A stretch of 64,000 nucleotides of DNA from positions 248,000,001 through 248,064,000 of the forward strand of contig OZ024742.1 of assembly GCA_964016885.1 (NCBI GenBank). Reading direction: 5' to 3'. The DNA comes from Eledone cirrhosa (lineage: Eukaryota). Below the pieces are notes generated by a model. That model did not search any database. It saw nothing but the letters and a program-made list of their open reading frames with translations, and was not told the DNA's origin. The translations under genes and the position numbers were made by a program. The stretch's first letter is position 1, and each line of letters begins with the position of its first letter. Of the stretch, positions 12,051-26,492 are shown one piece after another.

Positions 12051-14543
12051 ATGGCAATCAAGAGCGAAGATGTGGCCAGAGTGCTGGCATCGAGGACGGC
12101 CTTGAACCAGTTTTTCGATGCAAAGCATGAAGGCTGCGTCATTCGAAGTAAAATACGTGCTCTAGGTAATGAGGGGGCCAAAGCCGTTGGATGGGCCCGC
12201 GTGACAGAAGCTAAAAGTGGAAATCGATCCACCATCCGGTCGTTGCAAGACGAAGATGGACGAGTGATCCGGGAGCCTAAGCAGATGTGCGAGGCCTTTC
12301 AAAAGCACTTTGCCCGATTGTTCGAGGGAGGCGAGGGTCCGGGCCGGGGCGTGGATTTCGGTCCATACCTCGACGGCCTGCCGCGTCTCTCGAACAAAGA
12401 GGCAGAGTCCTGCGAGGGACCAATCTCGGCTGATGAGATCGGAGATGCGCTGAGCCAATGCAGCAGACGCAAATCTCCAGGTCTCGATGGTATACCTTAC
12501 GAACTTTATTTAGCAATGCCGGTCTTCTTCTCCGAACTCCTCGAAGCGGTCTACTGCAATTGGCAGCAGAACGGGAGAATTCCTTGTTCTGTAGCCAAGG
12601 GCGTAGTCACGCTGGTGAGGAAGGACGAGAAAAAGGGGGATAGTATAAATAATTTTCGGCCCATAACCCTGCTAAACACAGAGTTAAAGATTTTGGCCAA
12701 GGTGTTAGCAAAGAGGTTGGCGCTTGTCGTGGGTGGCCTGGTGGGAGATGCGCAGACATGTGCTATCCCATCCAGGTCCATTCACGATAACCTCCACCTC
12801 ATGCGATACATCATAGAGAGGGTTGGCAACAAACCCGGCTTCGGTGGGGCCCTGATCAACTTGGATCAGTCTAAGGCCTTCGATAGGGTCGACCATGGTT
12901 ACCTGGATGCGGTGCTAGCGGCGGCTGGGTTCGGTCCTGTTTTCAGAGGCTGGATCACTGCCCTACATAGCAACCACATCTGTTCTAGGATCAAGGTGAA
13001 CGGCTACCTTTCGAAGCCGTTCGAAATCACACGATCCATTCGACAGGGGTGCCCTCTCTCCTCCCTTCTGTACGTATTGACTCTCGAGCCTTTACTGAGG
13101 AAGTTGGAGTTGTTGCAGGGTATCCCCCTGGAACCAGGATTGAGCAAAGCGGTGTCGGCCTACGCCGATGACGTAACAGTAATGGTATCAACCGACTCGG
13201 AGATCGAGGCGATCGGTACCTTACTGGAGGAGTACGAAAGGTTGTCAGGAGCGAAACTGAACCGGGAAAAATCCATCGGGCTGCAACTCGGAACGTGGAG
13301 AGGCAAACCGATGCCTCCTGACGGTGTCGTCGGACACTGGACGGAGGGCCCGGTAAAGTTGCTTGGGGTCTGGTTTGGACCGGACCTCCAGGTGGAAAAG
13401 AACTGGAACGAGGTTACGAACAAGGTGTTTGCACTAACCCAGAAATGGGCCAAGTGTAAGCTGTCCCTAAAAGGCCGGGCGGAGGTGGCGAACATTTACA
13501 TAGCGTCCGTCACTTACTACCGCCTGACTGTCGTGCCTTGCCCTAAGGAAACACTCACCACCATGGAACGCATGCTCTTCCAATTTCTTTGGAAGAAGCG
13601 TCCTCCTATGGTGAGAAGATCCATCTGCTGCCAACAACCTTCGAAAGGAGGGCTGGGGATGCCGTGGTTGATGATGCGTAGGCACGCATTAAGGCTACGG
13701 CACCTACAGGTATTCCTCACTGGTCAACCGGTGTGGGCTCCGTTCGTGAAACGAGCCTTTCCGAGACTCGTCTCACTCACCGAGCTACAGTCCTGGGTCA
13801 AGCAAAGATCCGGAAAACTGGGAGACTGGCACACTGAGTGTGCTCAGGAGCTCAGGGCTCTCTGGCAAGCGGGCCGGGCCATCGGTGGAGAATCCACCTC
13901 ATCATTCTATAGAGGGCTGGTGGCTAGCAGGGGCGATGACACCCTTGGAGAGTCGCTGGACATGGAAGAAGACGAACTGGCCAGCCTGTTCGGTAGGACT
14001 TTCGGCCCAGGACCAATGGACAACTTCCAGAAGTCACTGGCCTGGCAGTGCTACCGAGGGGCTCTACCCGTTCGAGAGAGGCTCTACAGACACGGGCGCC
14101 CGGGCAGGGATCCCTCAAAAAAGATTTGCCCTAGATGCGTGCGTCACGAAGAAACCGTAGCGCACGCATTGGTGCAATGTCCGGGCGTGGCTGATCTGTG
14201 GGGCTACGCCGAACAACTGCTGTCGCGGGTGGCGCCGATTAAATTGACCGCCGAGTCCGTGATGACAATCAAACCGCCTCCCCTCTTCACAAAGGAAGCA
14301 AAGGCGGTTTTTCTGTGCGTAATAGCCATGTTGAAAGAGGTTGTTTGGTGGACACGATTGAAAGGTCTGAGGTCAGGCAACTTCCTCTCTGGCCATAGTC
14401 TGGTCTACTTCTTCCGATATCACTTCGGAAGAAGGATAAGAATGGAGAGAGAGGTGCTTGGCCACAGGCAGTTTTATGAAAGGTGGGTGATAGTGGCGAG
14501 AATGGCTCGTGTAAATGGGCCTTCTCTGTATACCATCCTGTAG
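12051..14543 (+). CDS. Tx1/L1-type ORF2 reverse transcriptase, N-terminally truncated (no APE domain)
   Basis: 830 aa uninterrupted. Motifs KSPGLDG, FRPITLLNTELKILAK, LDQSKAFDRVDH, IRQGCPLS, AYADDV, GGLGMP, CPRC..ETVAHALVQC. The ATG overlaps the microsatellite junction. Confidence 0.9.
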   Translation: MAIKSEDVARVLASRTALNQFFDAKHEGCVIRSKIRALGNEGAKAVGWARVTEAKSGNRSTIRSLQDEDGRVIREPKQMCEAFQKHFARLFEGGEGPGRGVDFGPYLDGLPRLSNKEAESCEGPISADEIGDALSQCSRRKSPGLDGIPYELYLAMPVFFSELLEAVYCNWQQNGRIPCSVAKGVVTLVRKDEKKGDSINNFRPITLLNTELKILAKVLAKRLALVVGGLVGDAQTCAIPSRSIHDNLHLMRYIIERVGNKPGFGGALINLDQSKAFDRVDHGYLDAVLAAAGFGPVFRGWITALHSNHICSRIKVNGYLSKPFEITRSIRQGCPLSSLLYVLTLEPLLRKLELLQGIPLEPGLSKAVSAYADDVTVMVSTDSEIEAIGTLLEEYERLSGAKLNREKSIGLQLGTWRGKPMPPDGVVGHWTEGPVKLLGVWFGPDLQVEKNWNEVTNKVFALTQKWAKCKLSLKGRAEVANIYIASVTYYRLTVVPCPKETLTTMERMLFQFLWKKRPPMVRRSICCQQPSKGGLGMPWLMMRRHALRLRHLQVFLTGQPVWAPFVKRAFPRLVSLTELQSWVKQRSGKLGDWHTECAQELRALWQAGRAIGGESTSSFYRGLVASRGDDTLGESLDMEEDELASLFGRTFGPGPMDNFQKSLAWQCYRGALPVRERLYRHGRPGRDPSKKICPRCVRHEETVAHALVQCPGVADLWGYAEQLLSRVAPIKLTAESVMTIKPPPLFTKEAKAVFLCVIAMLKEVVWWTRLKGLRSGNFLSGHSLVYFFRYHFGRRIRMEREVLGHRQFYERWVIVARMARVNGPSLYTIL

Positions 14544-14757
14544 GTAAAGAAGTAAAGGAGAGGGGAGCACCTTCTCCATGTGCTCCCCGGGCAAAGGATT
14601 GCACACTTTTTCGGGGGTGTGTGCAACCCCCATCACGTCCCCTCCCTTTTGAGGTTATTTTCGATTATTTTCATGTTACACCCTTTTTACTCGATTATAT
14701 GTAAACTCCCCCTTTGTATTTGTCCCTTCTTTTTATGCCTTTATGGTAAATAAAGAA
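12053..14757 (+). mobile_element. 5'-truncated Tx1/L1-clade non-LTR retrotransposon in a (TATC)/(TC)/(TA) microsatellite
   Basis: ORF2 RT and C-terminal Cys motif. 3'UTR with AATAAA at 14749-54. Candidate TSD atctatctatctctctc(gc)tctatatat at 12027-12052 and 14758-14785. Confidence 0.9.
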
Positions 14758-14796
14758 ATCTATCTATCTCTCTCGCTCTATATATATATATATACA

Positions 14797-14937
<141 letters not shown>

Positions 14938-14960
14938 CTATCTATCGATATATATACCTA

Positions 14961-15011
<51 letters not shown>

Positions 15012-16057
15012 GCCTCTATATATATATATATGTGTGTGTGTGAGTGTTTGTGTGTGTGTGTGTGTATATATGCATACTTGCATACACACACCCATATATG
15101 TATATATATGTAACTGGTGAAAAAATGTTTACCAAAAATGTATACCAAACTATTTATTCACCAGTTAATAAACATTATAATCATTAATTCATGTCCTGTC
15201 AGTTTTTCTTCTTCATTTATAAGTAGTCGTACAAAGTATAATATAGCTGATATTGACACACTCACATATATCCACAGTCACATACACACAAACACACACA
15301 CACGCACATACACACGTGACATGTGTAGCGCTGCCTTAGGTTTCAAATCACAAGCGTGCTGACAACTGCGTAATACATATGATGGTATAGTATGCATAAG
15401 CTCCACTTGATTGCTTAGGCCTAATTCATTATGCGTTGATATGTTCCCTTTCCTGAACTATTCAGAAAAATTGCCTGAACTCTACGATGGAGGTGTTCAA
15501 CTGGTGTATATACGTCAAGACACACCTGTTTTTATCATGGAAGCGCAACGACCCTGAAACCCAGTTGCACACTTTCTAGTGCTACATAAACCAGAATTTC
15601 AATGTTTTCAGTATATAAGGTCACAGTTCTAATCAACTCGAATTTTTAACAACAAAACGAATACAAAGATATTACAGGTTTCTACATTATTAAGCAAGAA
15701 TCCCCTTTGAAATACATCTGCATTGTTTTAGGGATATACGCCGTTTCCACACGCGACCTCATAACTAGATAACCATCAGACATCCATCCAAAGCTAGACG
15801 ATTTAGTCCAAAGTGTTGCACTATTGCTTCATACTCAAAACTCCACCATCTAAATTCTTCAGGCTGCAGTTGCTGCAACGCCTGTGCTTTGAAGCGAACG
15901 TAAGAGATATACATGTTAAGTGCATGGTATATAATGAACAATACATAGTATAAAGTGCTCTAGCAGACGAAATGTATGACAAAGTTATGTTCGTAGATAT
16001 ACAGAGTATGTAATCGAGACGTTGGTGTAGTCTCAGTTACACACTCTGTATATCTAC

Positions 16058-16109
<52 letters not shown>

Positions 16110-17284
16110 TTGTGTGTGTGTAGGTACATACATCCATACAAAGACACATACACACGCACATATTTTCAGTCCACCGGGTACTCATGTGCAAGCCGTTGTT
16201 TTATGAGCCCCAGTTCAGACAATGGTTTATTACACGTATTACCTATAGAATTGCTTCAGCTATATTTGCATCAGCATTCTAGTCTCCAGGATAGTCTACA
16301 GAAAAGAAATAGAAATGAGAATATAGAATTCTAGATAAATCACAAATATATATGTTTTCAAATATTGTAAATTTCCAGTATGTTATTATTAATATTTATA
16401 ATAAAGAAGTCTTTATTTGGAATCATTATTCCTCATCACCTATTTAAGAATCTTGTCTTGAAAGATTATTTTAGTATACCCCACATGAAATTGGGAATGC
16501 GATTTGTTTTAGTACTAAATATTTTTTCTTCTTGTAAATTTAACATAGAGTGACAATGCAATATCAAAAATACATCATATGTGACATCATTAGAAGATGG
16601 AAAAACTTGACAATTTATGATAATTGAAGAGTTCTTTGCATGAATGCATGGCCCCGTAACTCCTGTGTTATTCGTAGGGTCATTCTATAATTATTTTCCT
16701 AGCATTTTATAGAGAAGTCAGGTTAGTACGTTGAAGGAACTTTGGTTATTACACTTCTTTCAATGCTCCTGTTCAAGTGGCATGTGTTGTATTGAAGTAT
16801 TTAACAGATTCACTCACCACTGAGAGTTTTACTGAGACTGACCGTTTAAGTATTAAATTGCAAAAATGGTAGAAAATTGCTCCTAACTTGAAGCCCTTCA
16901 TTGAAGTATTCTCATGATTTAGTCGTAATAAAACTTATTAGCACTGTCAATGCTGTTGTTGTGATTGTTGCTGCGCTTGTTAATGCAGTTGTTTTAACTG
17001 CTCTTAATGTTGCTATTGCTGCTGAAGTTATCACGTTTGTTATTGTTGTTGATGTTGGGACTCTCATCTATGCAGGTTTGGCCAGCAGCCCAAAGTATTG
17101 CTCCACATAATTGGTTTCTTATTATGTTTCCCTGTCACAACAGGCGGCATATATACACAAAATGCATTGAGCCGGGAGAGACTACGGGCTGTTATTGTAT
17201 TTGATGTTGAAAGATAAAGTTGGCATATACATAATTTGATCTATGTATCTCTCTATCTTTTTCTATCTATCTGTCTCTATCTCA

Positions 17285-17322
<38 letters not shown>

Positions 17323-17757
17323 ACCTATATATAAATACATTTTAATAGGTTCGTCCGTATGTATGTTTGTCTTTCTCATTCTTTCGTTGGTTATATGTCC
17401 CTCTCACTCTATACATATATATATATATATATATATACAAACACACACATTTGTAAAAAACATACATACTAACACATTCACACACATACACACGCAAACA
17501 CGCACTCACATCAAACACACTCTCTCAGACACAGGCACACACATAGACACACTTATATATACACATATGAATACATATAAAACCTCAGCAACTGTCTATG
17601 ACACTTTCCATATATCTAGAACATAAGGAAAATATTATACACACTGACAACATCAACGAAAACAAAAGAAATGCAATAAAATCATAGAAAAAACTACGAT
17701 ACAAACGATGAAAAGACGAGATAGAAAACAATGAAATTCAAAATCAATTTTAATATA

Positions 17758-17830
<73 letters not shown>

Positions 17831-17870
17831 ATGTATGTATATATATACATATACATATATATATATATAC

Positions 17871-17904
<34 letters not shown>

Positions 17905-17971
17905 GTACATATATGTACATATATATACATATATATATATTATATGTGTATATATAAATATATATACATAG

Positions 17972-18060
<89 letters not shown>

Positions 18061-18257
18061 GTGGGGGGAGTCTTTAATATTTCAGTTTTCAGTAAAAAGA
18101 CTAATTTTAATTATCGCTATGTTTATGATTAATGAGAAAATGATTTCTTTGGTTGTGACTTGCCAAATACACTCGGCTTATTCCATAACTTTTATTATGA
18201 GTTCTTGGACGAACCAAAGAACTAAAGAATTCAGCTTTGTAATAATAATAGCAGTGC

Positions 18258-18332
<75 letters not shown>

Positions 18333-18378
18333 CAGCAGTAGTAGTAACAGTAGTCTCAGTAGTAGTAGTAGTAGTAGC
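18258..18378. repeat. (TAG)n microsatellite
   Basis: Direct reading. Confidence 0.95.
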
Positions 18379-18516
18379 GTAATAAAAACATGAAATAATA
18401 ATTGTAGAAACAGAAATGAGTTGTGTATTGAAATGTAGGGACACTCACACACATATATCCACATTCAAACACTCACACACACACACACATACAAACGCAC
18501 ACACACATACCCCCCT

Positions 18517-18583
<67 letters not shown>

Positions 18584-19689
18584 CTTGTATTTGAATTTTT
18601 TTCTGTCATTAAAGGAATCAAGCTAAAATGTAAGCGTAATTAACGAAATATGAACTACATACACACTAACATACGCAATTTCGCTCACACGCATATACAT
18701 ATGTGCCATAACACACACACAAACACACACACACTTACATAAACATGCAAAGACACGAACGGCCACGTATTTAGATAGAGAGGGAGAACGAGATAATGAG
18801 CAAGGGGGATATAAATAGAAAGATAGACAGTTAGACACGGACAGGCAATTCATGACTCCATAAGTAGCCACAGAGTTAAATTATATACTCATTTATTTAT
18901 CTCCAGTCTGTAATACCATATTACATGAAAAGTAAACGGTTATCATATGGGTATGTTTTATAATATAGAGTAGAGAATAATATCTGTTTATTATTATCAA
19001 ATATTAAATAAACTGGTTATAGTGTTTCGCTCCGACACGCTTCGCTGAGTTCAAATTGCCGCGTAAAACATATGCTCATTACATCATTCGATCGTAGAGA
19101 CTCTTAAATACATATTTGCATCTAAACACATGAATATATACAGACATCTATACACATATTTGTGCATAAATACGTACACTCCGCAACCTACTCACCTATC
19201 TTTGCATATCTGTAAGTAAATATATTTAAGCATGCATTTAGCCAATAAATTACATATATAGACATACACACCTAAGCATCAAGCCACACTTATGCATGTA
19301 TAAACACACAACAAACAGATATCATATTTGATTTTCGTTTGCTCCTGGATCAAATGACCTAAATCTATTACAGCGGTGCACCAATTCGTATTATTTGCAG
19401 GTTTAGCCCAAATATCTTTCCTTATAATGGAGCTATTGGTGCGATCACAAAAGTGATGAGGGTATAACATTCCGCGTTACCTGTGCCATGCTCTCATCAA
19501 CCAGCTTCATTATATAATACGGTTACATTCTCGAGGCCTTACCAATAAAGGACTTTAACATCTACAACTACTTCGCATTTTCTTTTTCTAAATATACTCC
19601 ATCATTCCCATAGATTGCTTGAATTGAATTGCATCAATGTCTACCGTAAGTATTTACAATCTGTAAATACACGCATTTCATGGGAATCA

Positions 19690-20220
19690 AAAGAAAGGGC
19701 TTAAAGAAAACATATTGTATTGTTTACATAGACTCCTCTTCTGGAGTTTTATAATCAAAGGTCTATGTCTGCTATTGAGTGGATAGAGAATTATGTAAAA
19801 ATGATGGGATTTGATATAAGTGGACGTTCTGTAGGCGTGTTTGTTTGTTATATTTTTAATGTAGCGTAACATTTGGATGAAGAAAAATAAAGGTACCATG
19901 CAGTACCAAGTGTTAATGTGTATTATCAGAATTATGAGGTGTGTAGGTCTTCTATATGTGGAGAATATATATCCGGATTCTTGTGAAAGTAAATATTGTA
20001 AGCAACCTTTAATCGACCTCGTTTCTTGAGGTCTACTTTTTGATTGGTGGTTTCCATATGTAGAATTGTGAATTGTTCACTGGTGCAGAGGTCACACTTC
20101 TTTGAACACTTACTTTATGGTCTGGACATTTCTAGTATTCTCAACTTTAGTTCTTCATCTCATACAGTTTAAAGGATACTTTTAGAATGGATTGTACCTT
20201 ACCTTTGTGCATCTCACCAC
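19690..20220 (-). pseudogene. Heavily decayed Penelope-like RT remnant
   Basis: In order on the - strand: MHKGK..PI (PK.HK-like), HIEDLHTS (D.ESLYT-like), GTA(M)G with frameshift near 19900, RYIKNI (RYIDDI-like), TSTYIKS, YPLNSRH. Confidence 0.55.
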
Positions 20221-21048
20221 TCTCTACTCTAGCATTAACAGGTGTAACTTTGGTTTTATGTCCTACTAGACCGCCAGTGATCCATTGCGTCACGTTCGCT
20301 TAGAAATATATATTTAAAATCCTGTTCACTTAAAAATAATTTTTAAACAATTAAAATATACTGTCAAGCTCAAATAACAGACACGCACACAATCACAGAA
20401 TTTGAGTAGTATCTAGATGGATATAATATTACAAATATGATGCAGAAGGCACTTATTTATCCTCCTGTAAGAGCATGCTGGATGTTCTTTCGGTTTCATT
20501 TTAATAGTTATTACAGATATGACGGAGGCACAGGCAAAGTTGACCTTCACAGTGTGCCGAAGGAATATCTTCCAATACCTGTGCAGGGGAAGTAAATAGT
20601 TCTCTGACATATCTAAATATTTCTTACCTACATTTGCTTTTACATTTAGGGCGTATGGGCGACGAGATTATTTCTCATTTCTATTTATAGGTCTGTTATG
20701 TGTGTGACAGGGTGCTAGGTATGTCTTACATCTTAATATTGAAGCCACTATCAAGAGGAACTCAAATATCTATTTAGATGAAGGTATGTTATATGTGCAA
20801 CGACTAATACTAGGCTCTAGACTATTTCAAACAACATAGAGAGGCAGATGATGCATTTGTACAGAACCGTTGCATTAGAAATGCATTCCCTGCTTAGCCT
20901 CGAAACCGAAGGCAGCAGTGTATGTATGTCGAGCGTCGGGATGATAATTAGATCTTTTTTTTTTGTATAAAATGCATCATTTCACTTTTCTCCTTCCTGT
21001 AGAGTATTTCGCTACACATTCCAACGGATCTTCCACACACGCACCCTG

Positions 21049-21131
<83 letters not shown>

Positions 21132-21132
21132 C

Positions 21133-21252
<120 letters not shown>

Positions 21253-22020
21253 GTGTGTGTGTGTGTGTGCGCGTGTGTGTGTATTTATATGTGTATATAT
21301 ATATACATATATACATATATATATATTTAGACCACGGCTACGATGTGTGAATAAAGAGAATCCCAAGGTAATATTAGATTTTAGACGTTTAGCACACATA
21401 CTCGCTCGTCTGGCAGATGTTGGCTTTAACATAATTCCGGTTTATTTCCGTCAATAAGAAAGTTGGAAGTGTTCAGACGTATGTACATACATAATACATA
21501 CATATATACATACATACATATCTATAATGATAATAGTATGAATATCCGTTGCTTGAATCTCCATGCCTCAGCCATATTGCTAATGCTATAGATTCAGCGA
21601 GCCAGAAAGTTACCACCTTTAATATACCAGATATTATGAGATATTTTACATCTTATTTGGAAAACGTATTCTTAGTTTTATTATTGCTTGTCAACAGGAT
21701 TCGCATTGATTTCTTGCTTTGGAGGGTTTTGGTGTTATTTTTCCTTTCCTATATTATGTTTTCTGATCAGCCTTGTAATTAATGTTATGATTACGGCTGG
21801 CTAATTGTTGTGATATTATTACTATGTACTGGCAGATTCGATAGACCTTCTGATAAAATATTTTGTGGTATTTAGATAGGGATCATTATGTTTGGTGCTC
21901 ACATCCTACCGAGGACAATTTTATCTTTTATCCTTGCGAATTCAATGAAATAATGTACCCGTCAAATGCAGTATCGCGACAAAATCGACTTTCCCCTTTC
22001 ACGCATATTGTACTTGTAAT

Positions 22021-22205
22021 AATTGTTTCTACTTTTGGCACAAGGCCAGCAATTAACCAGTACATTACTGGTACTTTATTTTATCGACCCCGTAAGGATG
22101 AAAGGCAAAGTTGGCCTCGGCGGGATTTGAATTCAGAATGGAAAGGGCCGTAACTCTATGCGTCAAAGCATGGTGCCTGACCATCTACCGATACTACCAA
22201 TCCAC
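22021..22205 (-). mobile_element. SINE family A, near full length
   Basis: Collinear with 38891-39077. Confidence 0.9.
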
Positions 22206-22232
22206 AATAATAAATCATAATCATAATGCTAT

Positions 22233-22445
22233 GGTGGATTGGAAGTATCGGTAGAGAGACGGTCACCATGCTTTGCAGCATAGAGTTACGGTCCTTTCCG
22301 GTCTGAGTTCAAATCGCGCTGAGTTTAACTTTGTCTTTCATTCTCACGGGGCCGATAAAATAAAGCACCAGTAACGTACTGAGGTCGATTTAATCGACTT
22401 TCCCCTCCCCACAAATTACTGGCCTTGTGCCTATATAAGAAACCA
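22233..22445 (+). mobile_element. SINE family A, long-tail variant (head-to-head with previous copy)
   Basis: A/B boxes, central domain, extra gtcgatttaatcgactttcccc segment (also seen at 165-294), ATT-rich end. Confidence 0.9.
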
Positions 22446-23420
22446 TGATCATTATTATTATTATCCTTTTCCTCTCAAATTGTTGGCCTCGTTCCTAAAT
22501 TAGAAATAATGACTATTATTATCCTTATATTGTCATTGTTGCTGTCATTATTGTTAATATCGATATTGTTGTATATAATATAGTTCCTCTATATTTGTAA
22601 AAAAACGGTTTTATCTGTCTCTATATAGGAATGTGATTATGTGTATATATGTGCATGTTGTATGTGTATGTACCTCACACTCTGGTTACCTTTGAATCTA
22701 TGTATGTATGAGCGTATTTGTCAAAGTATGTGTATTTCTTCCGCTCTTGTTACCTCTGTATGTCTGTCGCGGTATTTATAAAATATATATATACGTCTGT
22801 GTAAATGTGTGTGTTTCTTTCATAATCAAACATACCATATCCTTTTCATATATCGATTCGTTGCTTTTGCACAAAAGATTAACAATTCGTGTGCTTGACG
22901 CCACACAACACTGTACAAACACTAGCTGTAAGGTATAGGCTAAACTCTATTGAAGATGTGTCCATGCTTTGAGAAAACACAAGAAATAGGTAAAATGCTT
23001 CGTCTATTGTTGATCGAAGCGACAAGAGAAAATGGCAGCTCACACATATCGCTTTTAACTCCGCTCATATTGAAACAGAGTGCAGTTTGCTATGTTTCAA
23101 TTCATTTGTATTGTCATAATGACTGCCTGAAAGGAATTTAATAGGATTATTATTAAAATATGAAATATATAATATATCCGACATGAATAAAGAGGAAAAA
23201 CAAAACAATGAAAACAAAAGAAATGGCGCGGAATTCCGTTACATGTTTAGGCATATATATGTATAGGTGCGTGTGAGTGTATGTGAATGTATATATGATT
23301 GTATGTATATAAATTATATATATATGTGTGTGTGTGTCAACTAACATACACAGACATATACCTACACAGACATAAACACGCAAACACAACACACTCACAC
23401 ACGCACACACACACACACAG

Positions 23421-23500
<80 letters not shown>

Positions 23501-24134
23501 TTAAGATTAGATTTATTATATAATGATGTCTCTAAAGCTAAGCCTGCTTCTAATCAGAGTTTCTAGGTGCCGAATCTCTGGTGACTATTATGAAGTAAGA
23601 TGTGAATCTGCGTATCGATGTTACAAGAGTTAGGTTAAGAGTTTTTAATACATGGATAGAATATTTTATATCTCAGTATAGCTGCGAAACTATAACAGTA
23701 TCTCGAGAGCCAGATGTTTCATGCTTAAGTGCTCATCAACTCCAAAATGCTGGCAATCATGTAACGGGTATACGCTGGTAAAACCTATAATAGTTTCTTA
23801 TATTATGCCGTGGTAACACCTATAATAAAATATATATTATATATCAGACTTTCAATTTCGTATCTATCATTAAATAACTATCTATCTATATATATAGACT
23901 TAATATTTATATAGACAGACAAACAGAAGCTATCAGGTAATATACCTATATACGCATGTATATATCCATGTGTGTATACATGTATGTCCTGATGTGAATT
24001 TATGTATGTATGCATATATGTTTATATGTAATCCATGTGTGCGTCCCAATGAAAATGACCTTATCAATTATTCTATTGTCATTTCTGTTGATAGGAGCAC
24101 ACTTGAAATTTCACAAACACATGCACACACAAAC

Positions 24135-24230
<96 letters not shown>

Positions 24231-24292
24231 ACCCCCACCCCCACACACACATTTATGAGTGTTTGTGTGTGTATATGTGTGTGTGTGTTGGA

Positions 24293-24327
<35 letters not shown>

Positions 24328-24528
24328 TTAGTTATACTATTTATGGTTATGTAAACACAAAACCTTAAGCAGTTGTAAGTATTTTACACACACCCTAAAT
24401 AGTGGTAGGCAGTAATGTATTACTACCTTATTACCAGTAAGTTAAGTAGCTCAATGTAAAAACATCAGAGGATTTACAGAGCAGTTATATGAAATATAAG
24501 AATCAAAGAACTGTTCAAAACATTATTG

Positions 24529-24575
24529 TGCTTACAGCTGTTTCCTCCAAACCGAGGTTTGGATTCTTCGGAGCA
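24529..24575 (-). ncRNA. Minimal type I hammerhead, probably with a U4C mutation
   Basis: - strand: TGCT-CCGAAGA-A-TCCAAAC-CTCG-GTTTGGA-G-GAAA-CAGCTG-TA-AGCA. 7-bp stem II, palindromic ACAGCTGT, 4-bp stem I. Confidence 0.7.
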
Positions 24576-26360
24576 ATTTATTAATGCATGGACAGTTATA
24601 TGACCTCCTTTTCAGCCGAGAGACATACCAATACATATTCAAACATTGATACATATTCAAACATTGTGGGTCAACATTCATTACAAAATTTAGAGTGGCA
24701 GTACACACTTCGAGATTACATTTATATTAATAGGTACAATCAAAAATCAAAGATATAGGTTAAAGTACAACATGAAGATAAGTGGTTATATGGTGCAAAT
24801 GTTATATGTGTGGCACGCATGTGCGTCTTGTTTATATAGTGTGGCAGAGAGATATGTGTGGTAGAGGCACTTAGGTAGGTAAATAAGAGTGTTAGGTTGG
24901 TAGATCTGGTGGCAAAGTCTTTATATGATTGATGTAGTCTGTGTGTGGAGAAATATTATAAGTATTAAAGATAGTGCAAGCATTAAAAGTGTTATAAGTA
25001 TTGGAGATGCACAACGCAGGGATGTCAAGTAATTCATGTACTTCGGCATTTTCATGGTCAAGGGAGTGTATATTTCGATTATATGCCTTTCACATAATCC
25101 ACGACAATCCAGTTAGAGATCGTAGTCTGGTGTTCTTTAGTTCGATACAGGAGGTTGTTACGTTTCGAGAGACGCCATTGAATACCGGAAGTGTGTGTGT
25201 GGCTAAGGGGAGTTAATGCATGCGGGGAGGTAACTCTGGGGTTTCTATATCTAGCCATTAAAATGTGTCCCAATATGGACCCTAAATTCTATGGTGAGGT
25301 GCACCTTCCAAGAGAGACTTTTAAAGCATAAAGTGCACTAACTATAGAGTAGTTTAACTAAATTATGCTGAAGGTGATCATATTATTATTAAGGTGGATT
25401 AACCCATCTTAAGGTGCTACAAATGGAAATTATAGATGATGAGCGAGGATTCTAAATTAATGATCTCTGTGGTTGTAGTCTGCTCATATGACCAGGCGCG
25501 GTGATTGCAGGATTGCTTCAGGACCCAATGATCTCTGGTAAGATCTGGGTCATCGCTTGCTACATTGGATGTCGAAAGATAATCGTCCCCAGGCAGGCCA
25601 AAGGTCAATCCGCAGTCCTCGCGACCCCTCTCTGACCGTCAGATCATCCATATACGTACAACCCGCACGGCAGTTGCATTGCATTCACTCACTGCGCTCA
25701 GCAGCCCGGTCCTACTGGTCAACAGCGCTACTCGATTAAATCAATTTACATCTGTCTAAGGAAGGTGTTTCCTCTGCCCAACACCATCCAACCGATCAAT
25801 TCATGCTCAAATTACCCTTAGAGCGGTGTAGTGCCGTCCAGGTGGGTGGATGTTGTCACACCTGCCGTAGAGGTATAAATGGGTATTTTCCCTGCGAAGG
25901 GTTCCAGAGGGATGTCGTTGTTTGTGTTATAATGGATCAGCTAGTGTTGGGTATATATATATATATATATGCCTATGTGTGTGCGGTATACCTATCTATC
26001 TATCTATCTATCTATCTATATATCTATCTATCTATCTATCTATCTCTATATCTCTATATATACGCATGTATGAGTCATTTAATGGGAAGAGAAACGGTAG
26101 AAGCAGTTTTCTGTGATTTACGAGTTAAGTTAATCCGATGTTAATATTTCCTTTTTTTCTCTCTGGAAATTAATAATAATCTTCACCTAAAAATAACAAC
26201 AAAACTCCCATGTACATGCATTTATCCACACACAGATATACAAACGTACATATATAGTTGACATGTACATATACGTTTAAATATATACATACATAAATAT
26301 CACCCTTTTCCTCTTGTGTACACACACACCGATGCAAACATAACCCATATATAAATATAT

Positions 26361-26393
<33 letters not shown>

Positions 26394-26398
26394 CACAT

Positions 26399-26492
<94 letters not shown>

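Noticed and set aside
25560-25700. TYMDDL RT-like motif on the - strand
   Set aside because: No flanking RT motifs in any frame that I could read. Likely chance.
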